Part shown: one piece after another, positions 58,963 through 64,000 of the stretch
Layout: every line of letters starts with the position of its first letter
Position numbering within the stretch: position 1 is the first letter of the stretch
Assembly (NCBI GenBank): GCA_005883075.1
Contig: VBAX01000047.1
Location: forward strand, 29,598 to 93,597
DNA: 64,000 bases
Direction of reading: 5' to 3'
From: Candidatus Bathyarchaeota archaeon
GTDB lineage: Archaea; Thermoproteota; Bathyarchaeia; 40CM-2-53-6
Notes under the pieces: model-generated
The model's database searches: none
The model's input: the letters and a program-made list of their open reading frames with translations, nothing else
What the model was told of the DNA's origin: nothing
Position numbers and translations under genes: made by a program

Positions 58963-60495
58963 TCACTTGTCATCCTTTTCCTTCGCTACCTGATCCTTAA
59001 CCGACTTGAAGAAGTCCGTGCTCTCGATTCGTCCAGCTTCCGACCGGACAGCGTCCAAGTCAATTTTCAACCTGGCATGTGTTACCTTGCGACGTCTGAA
59101 CGCGAAGAATACAGCAACTAGTAGCAAGGCTAGTAGGGCGGCTATTATACCGAAATAATAGAGCGGGAAAGAAGCACTCCCCCCAGACGCATTCTGAACA
59201 GTGATGGCTCGCGTCGCAGAGCCAGTGTTGGGAGGCGTCGGCGAGTCTGATGCCGTGACAACCAGGGACCAGAGCCCACCAGTGTCCGAAGGTCGCACTG
59301 TATATGTTCCTATCCATAATCTCAGGGATGTGTCGAAAACAACCGGAACAGTATCGTTGATCGTGGGCGTCCCGCTGTAGAGTAAGTAAGCTTTCACAGT
59401 GCCCGGCTGGAAAACCGTACCGTCAGGATACGTGACGTTCGCATTGAAGGTAAGCTGTTGACCCACAGCGATGGTAGAGTTAGTGGTTACAATGACAGTT
59501 AGAGGGATAGTTGCTAGCAGCGGGGCGGTGGAGACTATTGTTCCGGGACCATTGTTCCCGTAAGCGTCGCTATAGGCATGTCCCCCCAAGCTTGCAGTCC
59601 ACGTCCCGGTCTGATTATCCAACGACGTCTGGTAAGACGCATCGAAAGTCTGAGACGCACTATCATATGTCGCCGTCAAAGTGACGGTGTTACCAGGCCC
59701 AGCCAAGTTTAGGAGAGCGACTCCTGTCGAGGGAATGGACCCATCTGGATAATTGGGCTGAAAGAAGAAACTCATCGTCTCCGTCCTCTGGTAGACTGAT
59801 TTGACGGACGTGATCGAGCTAACGATCATAATCGCAGGTCCCAGCGAGAAAGGTTGCGAATCAGCCGGATTCTTGACAGTGCTTGTCCCGGTCAAGGTAA
59901 CAATGTAAGTGTCTATTGTGGCGTTTCTTGGGGTCTTCCAGCTTGTAGCCACGATCCCCGTGCCCGTCGCTGGTACGTTTTGGGAAAAGACGAGCGTTGA
60001 GGTGCTCTGGGTCCTGATGGTTACTGTAACACTTTCTGACGCGCTGTATCCGCTTGCCTGTATGAGCACAGTTTGCGTTCTCTGATATGAGGAACTATCC
60101 GTGATGGTGAGTATGAACGAGGTCCCAGCTATGCTTGGCGATGCGGTGGGCCATAGCTCATCGACCTTGGCATTGTACTGGCCGACTAGCGTGTTCGATC
60201 CTTGGAATGAAGGACTTGGGTAGACAACTATCAGGGTAAACTTGTCTTGGCCTGGTGCGGTCGTATAGTTCGCCAGAGTTTGAGCGGTCTTCCCTGCTGG
60301 ATCGGTTACGGAGAACCTGAACCTGTATTGGGTGTTGGGAACGGCACTATTTGCAGATAGGACAAGGCTGACCGTGTTCCCTTCCGATGTCGCTGCCGGA
60401 ACGGAGTTCAGAGAGAATGGCGGGTCAGCGTGAACCATTGGGACTATATTGATCGATAGAAGAGGGACAAAGACGACGAGGGCAAGCAGAAGCAT
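58963..60495 (-). CDS. Thr/Ser-rich cell-surface (S-layer-like) glycoprotein candidate with C-terminal TM anchor
   Basis: Signal peptide, many N-x-S/T sequons and Ig-like repeats. The C-terminus is a TM helix (IIAALLALLLVAVFFAF) followed by an RRRK tail. Confidence 0.6.
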   Translation of the reverse strand: MLLLALVVFVPLLSINIVPMVHADPPFSLNSVPAATSEGNTVSLVLSANSAVPNTQYRFRFSVTDPAGKTAQTLANYTTAPGQDKFTLIVVYPSPSFQGSNTLVGQYNAKVDELWPTASPSIAGTSFILTITDSSSYQRTQTVLIQASGYSASESVTVTIRTQSTSTLVFSQNVPATGTGIVATSWKTPRNATIDTYIVTLTGTSTVKNPADSQPFSLGPAIMIVSSITSVKSVYQRTETMSFFFQPNYPDGSIPSTGVALLNLAGPGNTVTLTATYDSASQTFDASYQTSLDNQTGTWTASLGGHAYSDAYGNNGPGTIVSTAPLLATIPLTVIVTTNSTIAVGQQLTFNANVTYPDGTVFQPGTVKAYLLYSGTPTINDTVPVVFDTSLRLWIGTYTVRPSDTGGLWSLVVTASDSPTPPNTGSATRAITVQNASGGSASFPLYYFGIIAALLALLLVAVFFAFRRRKVTHARLKIDLDAVRSEAGRIESTDFFKSVKDQVAKEKDDK

Positions 60496-60673
60496 GCATT
60501 GGCTGATTCTAGAGTATCGCGTGGCTCGTCTTCTCCATAAGCGTCGATGATGAGCGAGGTAGTTCTGTCAGCGACTAAAGTGGGTCTCGTAACTTCTGGC
60601 TCTAAGTCGAAGTATCGAAGGAAGCCTGAGAACTGCGATTAGGGCCTGTTCGGGGCGAATCCTGAGTATTGCG

Positions 60674-61960
60674 CTAGGTTGTGGCAGGAACAACCTCTGC
60701 GATTGGTGCCAGAACCTGTTCCTCGGGTAGTTTGACGTCTTTGAATGAACGCCAGAAGTACGTGATCGCACTCAGGTAGAGTCCCGTGCAAATCATGAAC
60801 GGTATAACTAGGTAGATGCTGCTGGGACTCGTTGCTAGACCCATAATGTAGCCTCCGATACCGGTGCTGAACGAGTTGGGCAGCCTCCAGAGAGAAGCCA
60901 CGATGGCAGAAGCTACAGATCGCTCTTCGGCTGGAACCAAACCCATCAAAAGAGAGTTCTGAGCGGGGTTCGACATCATCATTAGCATGCTTCTGACGAT
61001 GTAGATCGAGAAGGCAGTGGCGAAGTTGGGCGAGAACGGAATCGAGAAAAGAAACAGAGTAGACGTTCCTTGCGTTAGCACGATTGTCCGAACGGTTCCG
61101 AATCTCCGGGCAAGCCGGGGAGTTGCAAGGTTGGCGAATCCCATCACAAGGCTGTTGATGCCGCCGAAGATTGGCCCAGTAACGTCGTTTGCTAGACCAT
61201 ACTTGAGAAAGGCCCAACCTGGAATAAGAGGGATTACCATGCCAGCGCCTAGAGCAATTACAATCCCGTAAGCAGCGTATCGAAAGACTATGCCGCGGCT
61301 CTTTCTCGGAAGAATGTGGAACCCAGATTCTTGGTTCGTCTCTAGCCTAGACTCGGAGACCCTGAGATAGACGATCATTGGACCGATGAGACTGATGGCA
61401 GCGACGCTGATGAACAGATATCGATTGCCAGTAACGAGGTCAACTTGGTAGGCTGATTTCAGTAGGTCGAGAAGACTGGTGCTGAAGCCTCCTAGAGCCG
61501 AGGCAATCGTGGCTACGAAGAATGAGAGGCCGAAGGCACTTGTCCGTTTCAGGTTTCCTGCTTTGTCTGCTAGCATGGCGCTCCAGGAGGACGCGTACAT
61601 GGCCTCGGAAAGTCCGGCCAGAACAGCCGCTCCGAACAAGTGAGAGATATTCGAGTCGACCGCAAAGATGGCTAGCGCTAGGCTTCCCAGTACTCCTCCA
61701 ATGACAACCAGCTTCTTCTTGCCATAACGATCGGCAACGCCACCAAATACAAGGGTGGAGGAGGCGCTAACGATTCCGAAGGTTCCTAGGATGAGGCTGC
61801 TGGTGGCGAACGAGATGCCTTCGAGTACGAGAAAGACCTGTAGGGAGATGAACAGTAATCCTGCAGCCGCCCAGGTGAAGAAGCTCGAATAGATCAGGAG
61901 ATTGGCTTCATGCGGTATCCCCTTGTACTCTTCGAAGATGGAACTTATGCGCTGGAACAA
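60674..61960 (-). CDS. MFS transporter
   Basis: 428 aa with 12 TM helices. Confidence 0.75.
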   Translation of the reverse strand: MFQRISSIFEEYKGIPHEANLLIYSSFFTWAAAGLLFISLQVFLVLEGISFATSSLILGTFGIVSASSTLVFGGVADRYGKKKLVVIGGVLGSLALAIFAVDSNISHLFGAAVLAGLSEAMYASSWSAMLADKAGNLKRTSAFGLSFFVATIASALGGFSTSLLDLLKSAYQVDLVTGNRYLFISVAAISLIGPMIVYLRVSESRLETNQESGFHILPRKSRGIVFRYAAYGIVIALGAGMVIPLIPGWAFLKYGLANDVTGPIFGGINSLVMGFANLATPRLARRFGTVRTIVLTQGTSTLFLFSIPFSPNFATAFSIYIVRSMLMMMSNPAQNSLLMGLVPAEERSVASAIVASLWRLPNSFSTGIGGYIMGLATSPSSIYLVIPFMICTGLYLSAITYFWRSFKDVKLPEEQVLAPIAEVVPATT

Positions 61961-62012
61961 TGACGAGCAACTATCCCTCTAGCTGGGCTCTCGGAGAAGC
62001 GTCGCAGTGGCT

Positions 62013-62960
62013 CTAAAGGATTAGTCTCGGAACGGGCGACTTCGCAACGCTTCTCTGTTGGTGAATCTTGGTTTGTAGCGATTTTCTGAGCCTTCTAGCT
62101 CCTGCTCTGTCTTCGGTAACGAAATTTTCTCCTGCAAGTTTCTTTCTGATGACTCGCTTGAGTTCGAGGTCAATTTCGTATCCGATTCCTTCTCTTCCCA
62201 GTTCCTTCGCGACCTTCAATGTCGTCCCGGATCCCGCGAAAGGGTCGAACACGGTTTCTCCAATCATGGTGAAGAGCTTGATCAATCGCCTGGGAATTTC
62301 GTCGGGGAAGGCGGCGATCCCTTCCTCCACGCGGCCAGCCATTGGGAGGACGTTGGTGATGTTCCAGACTGTCAGGTTCCATCTCTCCTTGTTGAGTTTT
62401 GTGGTATCTATTTTTGATGATTCTAGAATCTTCTTTGGTGCGTCTTTCAAGTGAGCGTAGTCGAATTCGCCGTTCTGGAATAAGAGGATGGATTCCTGAA
62501 TATTGTCCGGGTAAAAGTACATCGGGTATGGATGCTGGAGGACGACGCCGCTTCGCCTGCTGATTCTAGTGTAGCCAACGGGTTTGACCCAGGTTATCTT
62601 GTCGCGATAGAGAAAACCCTCGTCTAGGAAGATTCTGGTCGTATCCGCGACAAGGGGGTATTTCCGCCCACGACTGCCATCTCCTTCTTTCACCAGCATA
62701 TCATCGGTGACTATCGCGCAGATTCTGCCTTTTCCTAGGACTCTTTTGCTCTGAGAGGCGAAAGATTTGATCAAGTCCAGATAATCATCATAGGTTGGGA
62801 AAAGGTCTGGATAGTCGAAAGGGGCGTTGTAGTAGGGTGGAGAGGTAACGATCAGAGAAACCTCGCCATCAGCGATTTCCCTCGAGGTCATCTTTCTGAG
62901 ATCCCCGAAGAAAACTTGGAGACTTGGGGCGTCCTTGGACCTCTTGCTCTTAGGACTCAT
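62013..62960 (-). CDS. DNA methyltransferase, N4-cytosine/N6-adenine (beta class)
   Basis: Motif IV TSPPY lies near the N-terminus and motif I DPFAGSGTT near the C-terminus, which is the beta-group order. No restriction endonuclease partner in the window. Confidence 0.85.
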   Translation of the reverse strand: MSPKSKRSKDAPSLQVFFGDLRKMTSREIADGEVSLIVTSPPYYNAPFDYPDLFPTYDDYLDLIKSFASQSKRVLGKGRICAIVTDDMLVKEGDGSRGRKYPLVADTTRIFLDEGFLYRDKITWVKPVGYTRISRRSGVVLQHPYPMYFYPDNIQESILLFQNGEFDYAHLKDAPKKILESSKIDTTKLNKERWNLTVWNITNVLPMAGRVEEGIAAFPDEIPRRLIKLFTMIGETVFDPFAGSGTTLKVAKELGREGIGYEIDLELKRVIRKKLAGENFVTEDRAGARRLRKSLQTKIHQQRSVAKSPVPRLIL

Positions 62961-63039
62961 GACACAGCACCCCTATTCTGATCCAATTCCATGAATCCGA
63001 GGCAGTGAGTATATACGATGTCGTCACAGTAGATGGATT

Positions 63040-63624
63040 ATGCTGGATCCTGCGAAGGTTCCTGTTGAACAATCCGCTTTGCTGGTTATCGATGCTCAAG
63101 ACTCGTTCAGAGTCGGTCCGCGGTGGGCAAAACGCAACAACCCAGCTTTTGAAAAGAATGTTAGCGCTCTCGTCGAAGCTTATCGCGCTGCTCATCTGCC
63201 GGTTGTGTTCTTCCTTCATACTGACAGTGATGAGGCGTTTGCCAAAGACAGCCCATCGTTCAAGCTGATGGACTTTCTCAAACCTCGGAAGGATGAGCCT
63301 GTAATGGTCAAGAACACGCGGAACTGCTTCACGAGCACGACTTTGCAACCATACCTGATAGAGAAAGGTGTGAGACGCGTCAGCATCACAGGCATTCAGA
63401 TGGAACAATGCTGCGAGACGACCGCGAGGATCGCAGCGGACCTCGGTTACGCGGTAGACTTTGTTACTGAGGCGACGATGACTTTTCCCATTCCGAACTG
63501 GGACAAGCCAGGCGAAGAGCTAGGAGTCGACGCCATACGCGAACGTACAGAATACGCCCTACGACGCCGATTCGCACGCATCACCACAGTCAGTCAATTG
63601 CAAAAAGAACTAAAAGTGATGTAG
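63040..63624 (+). CDS. isochorismatase-family hydrolase
   Basis: LLVIDAQDSF and a C-terminal Cys region. 194 aa. Confidence 0.7.
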   Translation: MLDPAKVPVEQSALLVIDAQDSFRVGPRWAKRNNPAFEKNVSALVEAYRAAHLPVVFFLHTDSDEAFAKDSPSFKLMDFLKPRKDEPVMVKNTRNCFTSTTLQPYLIEKGVRRVSITGIQMEQCCETTARIAADLGYAVDFVTEATMTFPIPNWDKPGEELGVDAIRERTEYALRRRFARITTVSQLQKELKVM

Positions 63625-63650
63625 CCGAGTAGCTGAGTTCGTCCTCGTCT

Positions 63651-64000
63651 TCAGGGTCAGGTCGTACTTGCCGTCGCTTGCAGTCCTTCCCATGGGAAGG
63701 ATTTGTGCTTCTTGTAATACTCGACCAGGCCTCCTTCCCGCATGAGTCCTCGAAGGAACTCAGGAACCTTCAACGCATGATACACTTTTCCATCTTTAGT
63801 CGTGACTGACCAATCCTGAAGATTGATGGATATTTCGTCGAACTGCTTTACCTGTTTGGTTATTCCCGGGACCTCTAGTGCGGGTAGGCCTATGGCGAAG
63901 CTATTCCGATAGAATATTCTTGCGAAGCTTTCAGCGACTACTGCTGCTACTCCCGAATATTTGATGGCGACTGGTGCTTGTTCGCGGCTTGATCCTCCAC
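63651..64000 (-). CDS. LeuD-like aconitase-family small subunit (partial, runs off window end)
   Basis: The reverse-strand translation, ...AESFARIFYRNSFAIGLPAL..., is the conserved LeuD / aconitase-X small-subunit motif. Confidence 0.55.

Overview
The window is a 64-kb chromosomal segment of about 56% GC, almost certainly archaeal. It encodes a Drg-type GTPase with a TGS domain (7977..9161), an archaeal-type Lhr helicase with a C-terminal Zn ribbon, a COG3359-like RNase-H-fold exonuclease and DUF35/thiolase pairs. Its B12 acyl-CoA mutase catalytic subunits are split from the B12-binding domain, and a GGTGG Shine-Dalgarno sits before trkA. I cannot assign a lineage from sequence alone. The secreted-peptidase and NHL-repeat content suggests a sediment Thermoplasmatota- or Bathyarchaeia-like protein degrader, but that is speculation.

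Gene content is dense, mostly housekeeping and accessory metabolism:
- An ABC exporter pair.
- A thrB-thrC-hom-ask operon.
- An HtpX protease, UbiE-like methyltransferase and MFS transporter operon.
- msrB.
- A secreted S53 peptidase beside a 13-blade NHL-repeat protein.
- An Lhr helicase and gcvH.
- A double thiolase/DUF35 cassette plus an acyl-CoA dehydrogenase.
- TrkA, MscS and an APC permease.
- A methylmalonyl-CoA mutase, MeaB and isobutyryl-CoA-mutase-like cluster.
- A NUDIX hydrolase.
- Three tandem paralogous membrane proteins with Zn-ribbon tails.
- A nucleoside hydrolase and nicotinamidase pair.
- An FAD monooxygenase.
- An S-layer-like glycoprotein candidate.
- An orphan beta-class DNA methyltransferase.

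No rRNA, tRNA or CRISPR array was found.

The most unusual sequence-level signal is a previously unannotated, non-coding repeat family of about 215 bp. It occurs four times at 13873-14082, 29626-29842, 47166-47384 and 58719-58930, in both orientations. Three of the four copies lie between convergent gene ends, and blocks are conserved at about 70-90% identity. It is a candidate novel structured ncRNA family or a MITE-like element.

Other notable points:
- An in-frame TGA splits a PhnP-like MBL hydrolase.
- A second acyl-CoA mutase paralog carries the Phe/Gln signature of isobutyryl-CoA mutase.
- One thiolase paralog appears to lack its catalytic Cys and His.
- An EF-hand loop is inserted in HtpX.
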